Position numbers and translations under genes: made by a program
IMG/VR virus record: IMGVR_UViG_3300035182_002586
Span: 124,001 to 188,000 of that record
Reading direction: 5' to 3' (one strand)
Length of the DNA stretch: 64,000 nucleotides
In this document: positions 9,556 to 18,776 of the stretch, piece by piece
How the letters are laid out: every line of letters starts with the position of its first letter
How positions within the stretch are numbered: the first letter of the stretch is position 1
The notes under the pieces: model-generated
What the model was told of the DNA's origin: nothing
Databases searched by the model: none
The model's input: only the letters and a program-made list of their open reading frames with translations

Positions 9556-11298
9556 TCACATCATCGTCGGGGCCGCCACGCCGATGACATCGAGGCCGGC
9601 TGCGAGCGTGACCTGAACCGCCTCGGTGAGGGCGAGTCGGGCGTTGAGCTGGCGCGGGTTGGTGCAGAGGATCCGCTTCTCCGCGTCGTCGTTTCCGGCC
9701 GCGTACCAACGGGCGAACGTCGACGCGACGAGGAGGAGCTGGCGCACGACGAGGGACACGTCGTACTCGTGCTGGATGATGGCGCGGGACATCGCCTCGG
9801 GGAACCCGGCGATAGCGTGGACGACGGCCTTCTCCTCAGCAGTACAGAGAGCCGTGGCGTCGTAGTCGGTGGTGCGTCCACCCTTTCGGAGGATGTTGCA
9901 CGCACGTGCGTGCGCGTACTGGACGTAGGGGCCCGTATCCCCCTCGAAGTCGAGGATGCGGTCCCAGTCAAACTCGTAGTCGGTCTCGCGACGGTTGCGC
10001 AGGTCGTTGAAGATGATGGCGCCGATGCCGACCGCCCGGGCGACCTCATCGAGGTCCCGCAGCTTCGCGATCTTGTCGGGGGTACGCTCCAGCGCCTTCT
10101 CCCGGGCACGGGCCACGGCCTCGTCGAGCACGTGTTCGAGAAGGATGGTCCGCCCGTACCGGGTGCTCATCCCATGGACGCGGCCGAAGCCGACATGATC
10201 GCAGTCCCCGACCCACGGCTTGCCCATCCGGAGGAGCGTGCCGAAGACCTGTGCGAAGTGGTGGTACTGGTCGAGAGCGACGACGTACAGGGAGCGGTCG
10301 AACTTGAACCGGTCGTACCGGTCGATCGCAGCCGCGATGTCCCGCGTCACGTAGAGCGAGGACCCATCCGTCTTCCGGAGCACGATCGGGGGGTTCGAGT
10401 GGATGTCTGCGATGAGAGCGCCCTGAGACTCCTTGACCCCCACGGTCCGAGCGATCTCGTCGATGGTCGCAGAGGTACGAGTCCTGTCGTACCTGCTCTC
10501 ACCCTCGTAGTGGTCGAAGCTGATCCCGAGCCTCGCGTAGACCCGCTTGAAGCTCTCGATGGAACGGTCGCGGATCGACCGCCAGAGGGCGAGGGCTCCC
10601 TCGTCTCCGTTCTCCATCCGAACGAAGAAGGCCCGTGCTCGGGGGAGGATGCTTCGTTCGTCGTCGTTCACCTCGGCAGCGCGCGCCGCCTTCACGTACG
10701 CCTCGACGAGCATCTCCACGCTGGCGTCACGGGCATCGAGTCCCGGCGTCAGCTCGACGCCCACGGCGACCATGCCGAACTGCGTCCCCCAATCTCCGAG
10801 GTAGTTGATCCCTTCGACCTTCCACCCGTGTGCTCGATGGAGGCGTGCGAGGGCGTTCCCGAGGACCGTGGAACGGATGTGGTGATAGGCGATGGGCTTC
10901 GCGATGTTGGGCGAGGAGTAGTCGATCACGACGGTCTTCCCCTCCCCCGTCGAGGTGGTCCCGTAGGCCGGGCCCTCCACCGTCGCCGCGTCGATGACCC
11001 CCCGTGCGAACGAGGGGAAGTCGAACCAGGCGTTGACGTACGCTCCCATCGCCTCGAACACCAGCCCGTCCGCCTTGGCCTCCGCCGCGAGCTTGGTCGC
11101 GATGAGGTTGGGGGCCGTCTGGCGGGACTTCGCGAGGTGGAAGGTCGGGAACGAGATGTCCCCCTTGTCACGCACGAGCTGCCCTGCCTCGGGCATGCAG
11201 ACGTACTTGGAGACCTCTTCCGGGGGCTCCCCGAGAGCGGTGGCGATGGCGGCGGTGAACGCAGCCCGGCATCGTTCGAGGGGCGTCTTCTTGGTCAT
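9556..11298 (-). CDS. argS: arginine--tRNA ligase
   Basis: DYSSPNIAKPIAYHHIRS (HIGH variant), NYLGDWGTQFG, GMSTRYG, GDTGPYVQYAHAR. Confidence 0.95.
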   Translation of the reverse strand: MTKKTPLERCRAAFTAAIATALGEPPEEVSKYVCMPEAGQLVRDKGDISFPTFHLAKSRQTAPNLIATKLAAEAKADGLVFEAMGAYVNAWFDFPSFARGVIDAATVEGPAYGTTSTGEGKTVVIDYSSPNIAKPIAYHHIRSTVLGNALARLHRAHGWKVEGINYLGDWGTQFGMVAVGVELTPGLDARDASVEMLVEAYVKAARAAEVNDDERSILPRARAFFVRMENGDEGALALWRSIRDRSIESFKRVYARLGISFDHYEGESRYDRTRTSATIDEIARTVGVKESQGALIADIHSNPPIVLRKTDGSSLYVTRDIAAAIDRYDRFKFDRSLYVVALDQYHHFAQVFGTLLRMGKPWVGDCDHVGFGRVHGMSTRYGRTILLEHVLDEAVARAREKALERTPDKIAKLRDLDEVARAVGIGAIIFNDLRNRRETDYEFDWDRILDFEGDTGPYVQYAHARACNILRKGGRTTDYDATALCTAEEKAVVHAIAGFPEAMSRAIIQHEYDVSLVVRQLLLVASTFARWYAAGNDDAEKRILCTNPRQLNARLALTEAVQVTLAAGLDVIGVAAPTMM

Positions 11299-11638
11299 GC
11301 TCCTAGATACACCGGGTGAAGATTTCGGATGGATCGGTCCCGGCGCCCCGTTGTAGATGGACCAACAAGGCTCTGGTGCGGTAGACCGGTGACCCGGATG
11401 CAGCACTAGAAACCCGGCGCCCCCACCCGAGGGTTATGAGAGCCGGACTGAGCAATCATCGGGAGCCGCTCGTCTACCCCAAACGCCACACCAACGTGTG
11501 CCAAGGGAGGAACGGGACCGGGAAGAAGGGCCGAAAAACGGCGTTCTGACGGGCGGTAAACACCATGAGCCCCACGGCGACTGTGAGGTCGACAGAGGCA
11601 GGTAGGGGGTCATCCTTACCTGCCTCGCGCGTTTCTCG

Positions 11639-12751
11639 TCATAGCTTGGCGAAGAGGTCCTCGAACTCTCGCGGCATCGACATCCCGAGGACGTGGTGGG
11701 CAAACGCCTCCGCGAAGTTCTCGGTCGGCTTCGTGGCCCCGTAGGGGGTCACCGCAAGCGGCCCGTGCAGCAGCTTGTCCGTCTGGATCTCGACGTCCTT
11801 GTGGCCCATCGCCTGGGTGATGAACGCCTCGTCGGTCAGCTTGCCGGCGAGGTAGGCGGAGGTCTCTTTCCGGATGTCGATCCCCGTCACGGGGGAGGAA
11901 GAGAACCAGAGCATCGCCTCGTTGGAGAGGGTCGGCATCTTCGTCCCGTTCTGGCGTGCCTTCACCATGGCGAGAGCTTCCTCCGCGACCTGCTTGCGGA
12001 GCGCCGCGTGGAAGACGACCTTCTCGAACTCCTTGCGTGTCGAGAGGCTCCAGAACTCCTTGCGAAGCGTGGCGTCCTTGAAGAACTTCGCGTCGTAGCG
12101 GTGCCCGAACTCGTGGATGATCGTGTACACGTCGGAGAACCGCTTCCGGGCGCGGACGCTCAGGTGAACGGTGTCGTCGGCGCCCACGTAGTGGGCGGCT
12201 GTCTTCGCACCCAAGTGCGTGGAGAAGTAGACCATTCCGTAGAGGACTTCGGGGAACCTCGACCGGATCTTGCCCGCAGCTTCCGCGAGGGCCTCCAACG
12301 CTGCGTCGGTCTCGGCCTTCGAGACTCCCGGCATCGGGGTGATGGTGAAGCCGTCTCGGTGAAGGACCCGCTCCTCGTCCTCAGCCTCCGAAGCGATCTC
12401 CAGGGTCCTGAGACGCTTGGCCCAGGCTTGAAGCTGCATGACCACGTAGCTTCGCCAGTTGGGGTTCCGCTCGTATCCCGGGTGTGTGGGGTCTAGGAGC
12501 TTGAGGATGCTCTCCCCGTCGTAGACGAGCTTCTTGAGGGCGTTGCGCTTCGCTGTGCCGAGGGCATTGAACCAGGGGGAGGGGATGTTGCCGCCTCCAG
12601 GCAAAATCGTGTCACACACCTGGTGGATGAGCGCCTTCATGGGCTTCTCGTCCCCGTGAGCTTCGTAGTCCTGGAGCGCCTTGGCGTACTCGGGGATGAA
12701 GCTCTTGGCGACGAGGAACCGGTGGGCTACCCGCTCGACCAGGCTCGTCAC
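11639..12751 (-). CDS. zincin-like metallopeptidase domain protein with N-terminal RVAHRF motif
   Basis: IIHEFGH and TPYGATKPTENFAEAF; GTGA overlap start. Confidence 0.75.
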   Translation of the reverse strand: MTSLVERVAHRFLVAKSFIPEYAKALQDYEAHGDEKPMKALIHQVCDTILPGGGNIPSPWFNALGTAKRNALKKLVYDGESILKLLDPTHPGYERNPNWRSYVVMQLQAWAKRLRTLEIASEAEDEERVLHRDGFTITPMPGVSKAETDAALEALAEAAGKIRSRFPEVLYGMVYFSTHLGAKTAAHYVGADDTVHLSVRARKRFSDVYTIIHEFGHRYDAKFFKDATLRKEFWSLSTRKEFEKVVFHAALRKQVAEEALAMVKARQNGTKMPTLSNEAMLWFSSSPVTGIDIRKETSAYLAGKLTDEAFITQAMGHKDVEIQTDKLLHGPLAVTPYGATKPTENFAEAFAHHVLGMSMPREFEDLFAKL

Positions 12752-13371
12752 CACGTGAAGTTCCCGTCGCCCTTCTTCATGCGCAGGCCCGAGAGGATGT
12801 AGGGCCCACGTGCAAGGGAGGCGAAGAGACCGCCGGCCCACCGCTTGCGCTCGTAGTCGGACATGTCGTGCAGTGCTCGGTCGCGACGGTGCGCGATGTT
12901 GTACGCTGCGGACTTGATCATGTCGTCGCGGAACTCGCCCCAGTACGGCGCGTGCGCGATGAGCCACGTCGTGTAGTCGACGAAGCCCTCCTCGTAGAAG
13001 GGGTCACCTTCCGGGAACTTCGAGAGACTACCGTGGGTGAACTCGTGCGTGAGCTTCTCCAACGTCTGCCCGGGCTTGCCCTCGACGCTCTTGCAGATAC
13101 GGGTCTGCCCCGAGAGCATGTCGAAGCTCGCCGTTGCGCCGGCCACGTGCATCCCCGGGGGAAGAGGGAGGATCTCCGAACGGGGCTCGGTGCCGTACTC
13201 CCCAAGCGCCTGCTCCACGAAGGCGTGGATGCGAGGAGCCCACGCCTCCACGAAGCTGTTCCACTCGGGGCCAAAGACCTTGCACGTGAACGCGCGGCGG
13301 GGCGCGGAGGCGGCGTCTTCGGACGCCTTCTTGAGCATCGCGTGCACGTGTGCCGGAAGTTCGTGGTCCAT
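12748..13371 (-). CDS. HExxH metallopeptidase-like protein
   Basis: LTHEFTH...FYEEGFVDY gluzincin-like pattern. Confidence 0.7.
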   Translation of the reverse strand: MDHELPAHVHAMLKKASEDAASAPRRAFTCKVFGPEWNSFVEAWAPRIHAFVEQALGEYGTEPRSEILPLPPGMHVAGATASFDMLSGQTRICKSVEGKPGQTLEKLTHEFTHGSLSKFPEGDPFYEEGFVDYTTWLIAHAPYWGEFRDDMIKSAAYNIAHRRDRALHDMSDYERKRWAGGLFASLARGPYILSGLRMKKGDGNFTW

Positions 13372-13440
13372 CACCACGAGGGAAGGGAAAAGAACTTCCG
13401 TGGGGAAAGAACTTGTCGGGGCTGGTCCGTGGAGGCCGTC

Positions 13441-14217
13441 ATGCCCGACACGTTCATCGTCGTACCGCAGAAGATCGTGACTTTCGGGGGGCCGTCCAAC
13501 CCTCTGCGTGGGTCGACGATGGGGGAGCCCTCGGTCACGGATGTGATCGGGAACGCGCAGCAGCTCACTGTCCGCGGGGGCGTGGGCATCTACCCGGTGC
13601 CCACAGGCATGACGAACGTTCGGGGGGTCCTGCGCGCGGTCGTCGTCACGGGGCCGCCGGACGGCATCACCTCCCTGTCCGTGGCCGCTTTGGTCACGAA
13701 CGACGACACGACTGGGGCCACGATGGCCACCCGCATCGAGATCGGACTGGACCCCTGGAACCGCCCCACGGCCCGCTTCACCAACGTCCTGGGGGCCACG
13801 CTCTACACTTCCCTCCCCGTGGGCTTCACGAACCCGGCGGGCACGCAGCTCGACATCTCCCTCGCGTACGACACGAAGGCCCCCATCTTCGCGGCCTCGG
13901 GCCGGTATGCACACCTCACGTGCAACGGCATCGCGATGCCGTGGGATCCTGCGCTCGATCCGAAGGCCACGTGGGTGGTGCAGCCCACGCCCTACGTCGC
14001 AGTGGGCATCAACGGCACGACGGACATGAGGGTCACCAGCGTCCAGTTCACGCAGTATGCACCCCCGATCCCCGGTGTAAACACGGAGGACTCGGCGTAC
14101 TCGGACTTGTCCTCGGACGCCGCGCTTGCAGTCGACGCCACGGTGGTGTACGGACCCGTGAAGCAGCTTTCAGGGACCGCCTCCGTGGGGGCCACCCTGA
14201 CCCTGGTTCACCCGTAG
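13441..14217 (+). CDS. beta-strand-rich protein, possibly a virion structural protein
   Basis: ggagg RBS; T/V/G/P-rich composition. Confidence 0.65.
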   Translation: MPDTFIVVPQKIVTFGGPSNPLRGSTMGEPSVTDVIGNAQQLTVRGGVGIYPVPTGMTNVRGVLRAVVVTGPPDGITSLSVAALVTNDDTTGATMATRIEIGLDPWNRPTARFTNVLGATLYTSLPVGFTNPAGTQLDISLAYDTKAPIFAASGRYAHLTCNGIAMPWDPALDPKATWVVQPTPYVAVGINGTTDMRVTSVQFTQYAPPIPGVNTEDSAYSDLSSDAALAVDATVVYGPVKQLSGTASVGATLTLVHP

Positions 14218-14308
14218 CCAGAGGGACCGAAAGGTCGATTCTTCGTCCGAAAAAACCCAGTGAAGTTAGGGGTTTACGAAAAATCGACATTGGCTCGAAA
14301 CTTTTTCC

Positions 14309-14337
14309 TTGCACGACCGTCCAAGGTCTCGTACGAC
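14309..14337 (+). promoter_or_regulatory. possible sigma70-type promoter upstream of the tRNA array
   Basis: TTGCAC-N17-TACGAC. Confidence 0.35.
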
Positions 14338-14388
14338 ACACAGGCCCGAGACTGGTCGTCTCGCCGCACCCAGAAACCCGACCTCGAC

Positions 14389-14562
14389 ATGGCAACCCTG
14401 ACGCTCACCACCAGCTTGACGACGAAAGCCGCAACCGCGGCCTGGTCGTCGTGCGTGCTGAGTGAGCAGGGCCTTACGGGCTACCCCATGCATGTCGAAG
14501 CGGGATCCTTTGCCGCCATCCGTCAGGAGAATGCGAAGGACCCGCGAAGGCGGCCAACGTAG
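14389..14562 (+). CDS. possible Thr-rich leader peptide
   Basis: MATLTLTTSLTTKAATAAW..., followed by a strong hairpin. Confidence 0.35.
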   Translation: MATLTLTTSLTTKAATAAWSSCVLSEQGLTGYPMHVEAGSFAAIRQENAKDPRRRPT

Positions 14563-14588
14563 AACACGAGCGAAAGCTCGATCGACTA

Positions 14589-14628
14589 CGAAGGCCGCCC
14601 AGGGAAACCTCGGCGGCCTTCGACGTTT
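14589..14628 (+). terminator. terminator or attenuator-like hairpin
   Basis: cgaaggccgcc/ggcggccttcg stem followed by acgttt. Confidence 0.5.
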
Positions 14629-14782
14629 CAGCCCAAATCGACTCCCCTGCCCGGTCCTCCCGACCGTTCGGCCTCGCGGCGAGTATTCCCTAGAGCCCAA
14701 GGCTCGACCAGTACAGGTGCGCCCGATGTCCAAGAAACCCTTCCGAGAGAGCTATCGACCCTGGCGCTTTCCCACCTCCTGC

Positions 14783-14864
14783 GGGGTGTGACCAGTGCCC
14801 GGGAGCACTAGCTGGCTGTAAACCAGTGGCCTTCAAGCGAGGGGTTCGACTCCCTCACGCCCCA
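14783..14864 (+). tRNA. tRNA-Tyr(GTA)
   Basis: ggggtgt/acgcccc acceptor, ctgtaaa loop, T arm; atypical D arm. Confidence 0.8.
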
Positions 14865-14938
14865 CCGAAGAACGAGAGAAGAAGAGGTCAGACGATGAAA
14901 CAGAAGCGAAAGCCCGCGAAATGCGGGCGGAAAGTCGA

Positions 14939-15013
14939 GGGACGTTAGCTCCAGGGCGGAGCAGCGGGCTTTTAACCCGTCAGGGCAGGGTTCGATCCCC
15001 TGGCGTCCCACCA
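14939..15013 (+). tRNA. tRNA-Lys(TTT)
   Basis: Cloverleaf, cttttaa loop, CCA. Confidence 0.9.
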
Positions 15014-15018
15014 ACCTT

Positions 15019-15094
15019 CGGGGGTTGGCGTCAAGGTGACGCAGCAGACTCTTAATCTGATAGAAGGCGGGTTCGATTCCCGTGCCCCCGACCA
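15019..15094 (+). tRNA. tRNA-Lys(CTT)
   Basis: Cloverleaf, ctcttaa loop, CCA. Confidence 0.88.
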
Positions 15095-15119
15095 GGCTCT
15101 TCGGAGCCGTAGTACGCAC

Positions 15120-15196
15120 GGGTCCGTGATGTTCAACGGCCAGCATAACCGGTTCTTACCCGGCTAGTGGGGGTTCGACTCCCCCCGGACCCACCA
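15120..15196 (+). tRNA. tRNA-Lys(CTT), second copy with a different body
   Basis: gggtccg/cggaccc acceptor, ttcttac loop, CCA. Confidence 0.8.
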
Positions 15197-15270
15197 ACTC
15201 TCTTCCGAATCTCAGCGACGTTCAAACCCGACACTTACCTTGCCTTCAAACGTAGTAATCAAACACACAT

Positions 15271-15345
15271 TCTGGGATCGGCTAATTGGCAGGCCACTAG
15301 GTTCTGACCCTAGAAATGCAGGTTCGACCCCTGCCCCCAGAACCA
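15271..15345 (+). tRNA. tRNA-Gln(CTG)
   Basis: ttctgac loop, CCA. Confidence 0.88.
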
Positions 15346-15375
15346 CTCGAACACGCCCCGCAAGGGACCGTTCGA

Positions 15376-15388
15376 TGCTCTTTGACAA
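15376..15388 (+). promoter_or_regulatory. rrn-type boxA antitermination element
   Basis: TGCTCTTTGACAA versus the consensus TGCTCTTTAACA; preceded by a GNRA hairpin. Confidence 0.6.
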
Positions 15389-15394
15389 GCTGAC

Positions 15395-15640
15395 AGGAGA
15401 CAGGAGCGTGTGCCGCCGCACGCGGGTGACTTGCTCGGTACGCCGAGACAGACCCTCGTGCGCGGAGCAGCCGGACCGTGATCGACCCCCGACAGTACTG
15501 GGGGGCTACAGCGCCGGGCCTGCGGGCACAGCCACCCTTTCCTGCTTCGATTGTGTGAACGGGAGGAGGGGGCAACCCTTCTTCCCCGACACGCACGGGG
15601 GACCCCCACCTTCGCGGGCTGGTGGTCCTTCGTGCGTCGT
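15395..15640 (+). ncRNA. unclassified structured RNA candidate
   Basis: About 250 nt without a convincing ORF, with serial hairpins, between tRNAs. Confidence 0.4.
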
Positions 15641-15646
15641 CGTTTT

Positions 15647-15727
15647 TCCGGGATAGCCTAATGGCAAGGCACACGGCTGTTAACCGTGCGGGGAAACCCA
15701 TTCTAGGTTCGAGTCCTAGTCCCGGAG
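15647..15727 (+). tRNA. tRNA-Asn(GTT) with long variable arm
   Basis: ctgttaa loop; ggg-aaa-ccc hairpin in the variable region. Confidence 0.85.
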
Positions 15728-15732
15728 CTACT

Positions 15733-15805
15733 GTGCCCGAAGCTCAAATGGTCGAGCACGCGCCTGTTAAGCGCGGCGAAGCAGGTTCGATCCCTGCCGG
15801 GTACG
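15733..15805 (+). tRNA. tRNA-Asn(GTT)
   Basis: Cloverleaf, ctgttaa loop. Confidence 0.85.
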
Positions 15806-15851
15806 CCGATGCCGGGCCCCTTTCTCCGGAGGGGGTGTCCTGGCGTCCCAT

Positions 15852-15924
15852 GCCGGTGAGGCTCCTGTGGAGGGGCGCCTGATTCGTATCCAGGACCTAG
15901 TGGGTTCGACTCCCATCGCCGGCT
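15852..15924 (+). tRNA. tRNA-Thr(CGT)
   Basis: gccggtg/cgccggc acceptor, ttcgtat loop. Confidence 0.78.
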
Positions 15925-15974
15925 CTGAGTTTCTCGTCAACTTTGATCTACTTGTGGTGTACGTGGTAGGTAAC

Positions 15975-16055
15975 GCCGGGGTCGCTCAGTGGTAGAGCAG
16001 CAGTTTTGTAAACTGCCGTGGAGACACATCGCGGGTTCGATCCCCGCCCTCGGCT
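15975..16055 (+). tRNA. tRNA-Thr(TGT) with long variable arm
   Basis: tttgtaa loop; gtg-gaga-cac variable hairpin. Confidence 0.85.
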
Positions 16056-16097
16056 CTAGCTCGGCGCTCCCCCCTTGGGGTGGGAGCATCGGGGAAC

Positions 16098-16169
16098 GCG
16101 GGTGCGGTGTGAAGGTCGCACACAGGTCTTCCAAACCTTGAGGTACGGGTTCGAGTCCCGTCACCCGCT
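16098..16169 (+). tRNA. tRNA-Gly(TCC)
   Basis: gcgggtg acceptor, cttccaa loop, U73. Confidence 0.88.
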
Positions 16170-16205
16170 CTAGGGTCACGTGCACCCTAAGCACGGACAC
16201 GACAT

Positions 16206-16278
16206 GCCCTTGCAGCACGATGGATCGTGCAACCGGCTACGAACCGGCAGGTTGGAGGTTCAAGTCCTCCCAAGGGCG
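16206..16278 (+). tRNA. tRNA-Arg(ACG)
   Basis: ctacgaa loop. Confidence 0.88.
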
Positions 16279-16279
16279 C

Positions 16280-16367
16280 TGCGGGGATGCTAGCAACGGC
16301 TGCTGGTCGGGCTCATAACCCGATGCCTCCAGGTCAAGTAGGGTTCGACTCCCTTCCCCCGCTACCA
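16280..16367 (+). tRNA. tRNA-fMet(CAT)-like with enlarged variable region
   Basis: 1:72 mismatch, GGG/CCC anticodon stem, ctcataa loop, CCA. Confidence 0.75.
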
Positions 16368-16369
16368 AT

Positions 16370-16444
16370 GCCCTCGTCCTGGCGGATTCCAGGCACCAGT
16401 TTGCGGAACTGGTTGTAGGTCGGGTTCGACTCCCCCCGAGGGCG
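16370..16444 (+). tRNA. tRNA-Arg(GCG)
   Basis: gccctcg/cgagggc acceptor, ttgcgga loop. Confidence 0.75.
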
Positions 16445-16483
16445 CTGCTGACTGTGGGTTCATAATTGTGCTACTGTCTTACG

Positions 16484-17155
16484 ATGCCGATCAAAGATCC
16501 GGTCAAGCGTGCGGAGTATCACAAGCAGTACATGAAGGATCGGTACCGCAATGATGCGGTGTTCCGTGCGGCCCATCAGACTCGTGTACGACGGGTGGCC
16601 GTTCGTCGCGTGGCAGAGATCCGAGACGAGATCGCAGAGTTCAAGAAGACGGGCTGCCTACTCTGCCCGGAAAATGAGCCTTGCTGTCTGGTGGCTCACC
16701 ACACCGACCCCAAACAGAAAGACTTCGACATCGCGCAGGCGGCGACGCACCAGTATGGCCGTGCCCGCTTCACGAGGGAGCTGGCGAAGTGTGTCTGCCT
16801 CTGCGAGAACTGTCACCGTAAGGTGCATGCAGGCAAGAAGAAGCTATCTGCACGTGTTCGGAACACTACAACCGTACGTGAGCAACATGCCCCCGAGGAT
16901 GACGAGGTACCCACCCTCAAACATCTCGGCCTTGACCGGGCCTCGATGGACGAGACGTGGGAGAGAGCGAAGCAGCACATGCGCGACCGGGGTGAAGACC
17001 CCGATGCGATCCTTGCACAGGCGGCGGCGAACCTGGCCGCCTGGAGGGCGCTCCCTGAGGAGGAGCGTCAACGACAGCAGCAGCAAGCCACCGAAGAGTG
17101 GCTCAAGTGGGAAGCCACCGTCGACGACGCTGGCAACCCTATCAAGGTCGGGTAG
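16484..17155 (+). CDS. HNH endonuclease with unrelated C-terminal extension
   Basis: CLLC...HHTDP..K...ELAKCVCLCENCHRKVH; stop codon lies inside tRNA-Phe. Confidence 0.8.
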   Translation: MPIKDPVKRAEYHKQYMKDRYRNDAVFRAAHQTRVRRVAVRRVAEIRDEIAEFKKTGCLLCPENEPCCLVAHHTDPKQKDFDIAQAATHQYGRARFTRELAKCVCLCENCHRKVHAGKKKLSARVRNTTTVREQHAPEDDEVPTLKHLGLDRASMDETWERAKQHMRDRGEDPDAILAQAAANLAAWRALPEEERQRQQQQATEEWLKWEATVDDAGNPIKVG

Positions 17156-17221
17156 CTCAATCGGTAGAGCAGCGGTCTGAAAAGCCGCGTGTAGTCAGTT
17201 CGATCCTGACCCTGACCACCA
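17146..17221 (+). tRNA. tRNA-Phe(GAA)
   Basis: Canonical cloverleaf, CCA. Confidence 0.93.
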
Positions 17222-17222
17222 T

Positions 17223-17299
17223 GTCCCCATCGTCTAGCTGGCCTAGGACGCTGGCCTCTCACGCCGGCAACGGGGGTTCGAATCCCCCTGGGGACGCCA
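17223..17299 (+). tRNA. tRNA-Glu(CTC)
   Basis: Canonical cloverleaf, CCA. Confidence 0.93.
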
Positions 17300-17302
17300 C
17301 TC

Positions 17303-17376
17303 GGGGTCGTAGTACAACGGAAGTACACTGCGTTCGCATCGCAGGGATGGGGGTTCGATTCCCCCTGACTCCACCA
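17303..17376 (+). tRNA. tRNA-Ala(CGC)
   Basis: G3:U70, ttcgcat loop, CCA. Confidence 0.9.
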
Positions 17377-17379
17377 CGT

Positions 17380-17455
17380 GCCTCGTAAGTCCACCGGGTG
17401 GACGCTGGCTTGTCACGCCAGGTCGAGACGGGTCCGACTCCCGTACGAGGCGCCA
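17380..17455 (+). tRNA. tRNA-Asp(GTC)
   Basis: ttgtcac loop, GCCA; T loop reads TCC. Confidence 0.83.
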
Positions 17456-17495
17456 ATAGGAGAGGACGCTAGACTTCATATATACCCTCTCCATC

Positions 17496-17960
17496 ATGGA
17501 GAAGTACACGAAAGAGATCCTCCAAGCAGTCGTTGTACGCAGCACATCGGTCTCGGGTGTGCTTCGACTACTCGGGTTCCAGTCCTACTCCGGGAGCATG
17601 AGTGCGCACATCCAGAAGCGCATTGCTAAACACGGGATAGACACGAGCCACTTCAAAGGGCTGCACCACAACCTAGGCGTGGTGTCTAAAAGGCGAAAGA
17701 AGGCCGGAGAGATTCTGGGGCACGCGTCTTCGACGCGAGTGAAAACTCTCCAACTGCGACGCGCGCTCATCGAGCTGGGCGTCGCCTACTCGTGCGTCTT
17801 GTGTGAGCAAGGCCCCGAGTGGAGAGGCGGGACCTTGGTTCTCGTAGTCGATCACAAGGACGGCGACTGGGCCAATAACACGAAAGAGAACCTTAGGTTC
17901 TTGTGTCCTAACTGCCACTCGCAGACACCTACATTCGGCAGTCGTAACAGACGGAAGTGA
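17496..17960 (+). CDS. HNH endonuclease
   Basis: CVLC...LVVDHKDGDWANN..ENLRFLCPNCHSQT. Confidence 0.9.
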   Translation: MEKYTKEILQAVVVRSTSVSGVLRLLGFQSYSGSMSAHIQKRIAKHGIDTSHFKGLHHNLGVVSKRRKKAGEILGHASSTRVKTLQLRRALIELGVAYSCVLCEQGPEWRGGTLVLVVDHKDGDWANNTKENLRFLCPNCHSQTPTFGSRNRRK

Positions 17961-17961
17961 C

Positions 17962-18033
17962 GGGGACATAGCTCAACTGGTAGAGCAATCGCATGGCATG
18001 CGATCGACCCAGGTTCAACTCCCGGTGTCTCCA
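17962..18033 (+). tRNA. tRNA-Ala(GGC)
   Basis: G3:U70, atggcat loop. Confidence 0.88.
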
Positions 18034-18057
18034 CTAGGGGTCACACGACCTCGACAC

Positions 18058-18138
18058 GCAGGGATGGCGGAATGGCAGACGCACTAGCTTGAGGTGCTAG
18101 CGAGTAAATTCGTGAGGGTTCAAGTCCCTCTCCCTGCA
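18058..18138 (+). tRNA. tRNA-Leu(GAG)
   Basis: Class II variable arm, ttgaggt loop. Confidence 0.9.
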
Positions 18139-18153
18139 CGAAGTCACGGTTAC

Positions 18154-18230
18154 GGGCGTATAGTCTAGTGGTTCCTGGATGCCTGTCTGATACACAGGAG
18201 GTGGAGGTTCAATTCCTCCTGCGCCCACCA
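18154..18230 (+). tRNA. tRNA-Ile(GAT)
   Basis: ctgatac loop, CCA. Confidence 0.88.
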
Positions 18231-18235
18231 TCCAT

Positions 18236-18304
18236 CGCTACGACCTGAGGCAGGAGGCGCTCCTCATAAGGGCGGCCGAGAGGGTTCGATTCCCTCCGTA
18301 GCGA
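18236..18304 (+). tRNA. tRNA-Met/Ile2(CAT) with short D arm
   Basis: cgctacg/cgtagcg acceptor, ctcataa loop. Confidence 0.72.
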
Positions 18305-18335
18305 CCCCGTATTCTTCTTGTGGGTCTTGGACAGT

Positions 18336-18521
18336 ATGCCGATCCAAGACCCCGTTGAGCGTCGTGCTTACGCTCAACGCTACAACTTGAGTCATCTCGC
18401 TCGAAACACAGCCTCTTGGGAGACCATACGAGAAGAGATCGCCAAGTGTGATGTCGTAACTGCCATGCACAGAGGACACACGACAGAGCGGTGGAGATCT
18501 AGGGGTATCGTTCAATGGTAG
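18336..18521 (+). pseudogene. internally deleted HNH endonuclease remnant
   Basis: MPIQDPVERRAY resembles the start of the 16484 HNH; EEIAKCDVV resembles HNH C-termini; core missing. Confidence 0.65.
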
Positions 18522-18571
18522 GACGGCCGCCTCCAAAACGGCCTATGGGAGTTCGATTCTCTCTACCCCTG
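18501..18571 (+). tRNA. tRNA-Trp(CCA)
   Basis: aggggta acceptor, ctccaaa loop. Confidence 0.9.
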
Positions 18572-18575
18572 CTAC

Positions 18576-18646
18576 GCGCGGTGACGGCTTGGAGCCTGGC
18601 TTCCCTGACGCGGAGGCCGCATGGGGTTCGATTCCCCAACCGCGCA
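18576..18646 (+). tRNA. tRNA-Val(GAC)
   Basis: ctgacgc loop; short D arm. Confidence 0.8.
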
Positions 18647-18647
18647 C

Positions 18648-18772
18648 TGAGTGCACTGGTCTGCGTGAACCCCGGGCAACCGGGCATGACACGCGTTGCG
18701 ACGGTGATCCCTTCACTGGGGGAACCCTCAGCCTAGCCCGCGTAAGCGGAGGATGACTGATGTGTGCACTCA
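18648..18772 (+). ncRNA. unclassified ~125-nt structured RNA candidate
   Basis: 9-bp terminal stem tgagtgcac/gtgcactca enclosing hairpins, between two tRNAs. Confidence 0.5.
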
Positions 18773-18776
18773 CTAC

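Noticed and set aside
15395-15640. RNase P or SRP RNA
   Set aside because: No GAGGAAAGUCC core and no SRP domain IV motif was found.
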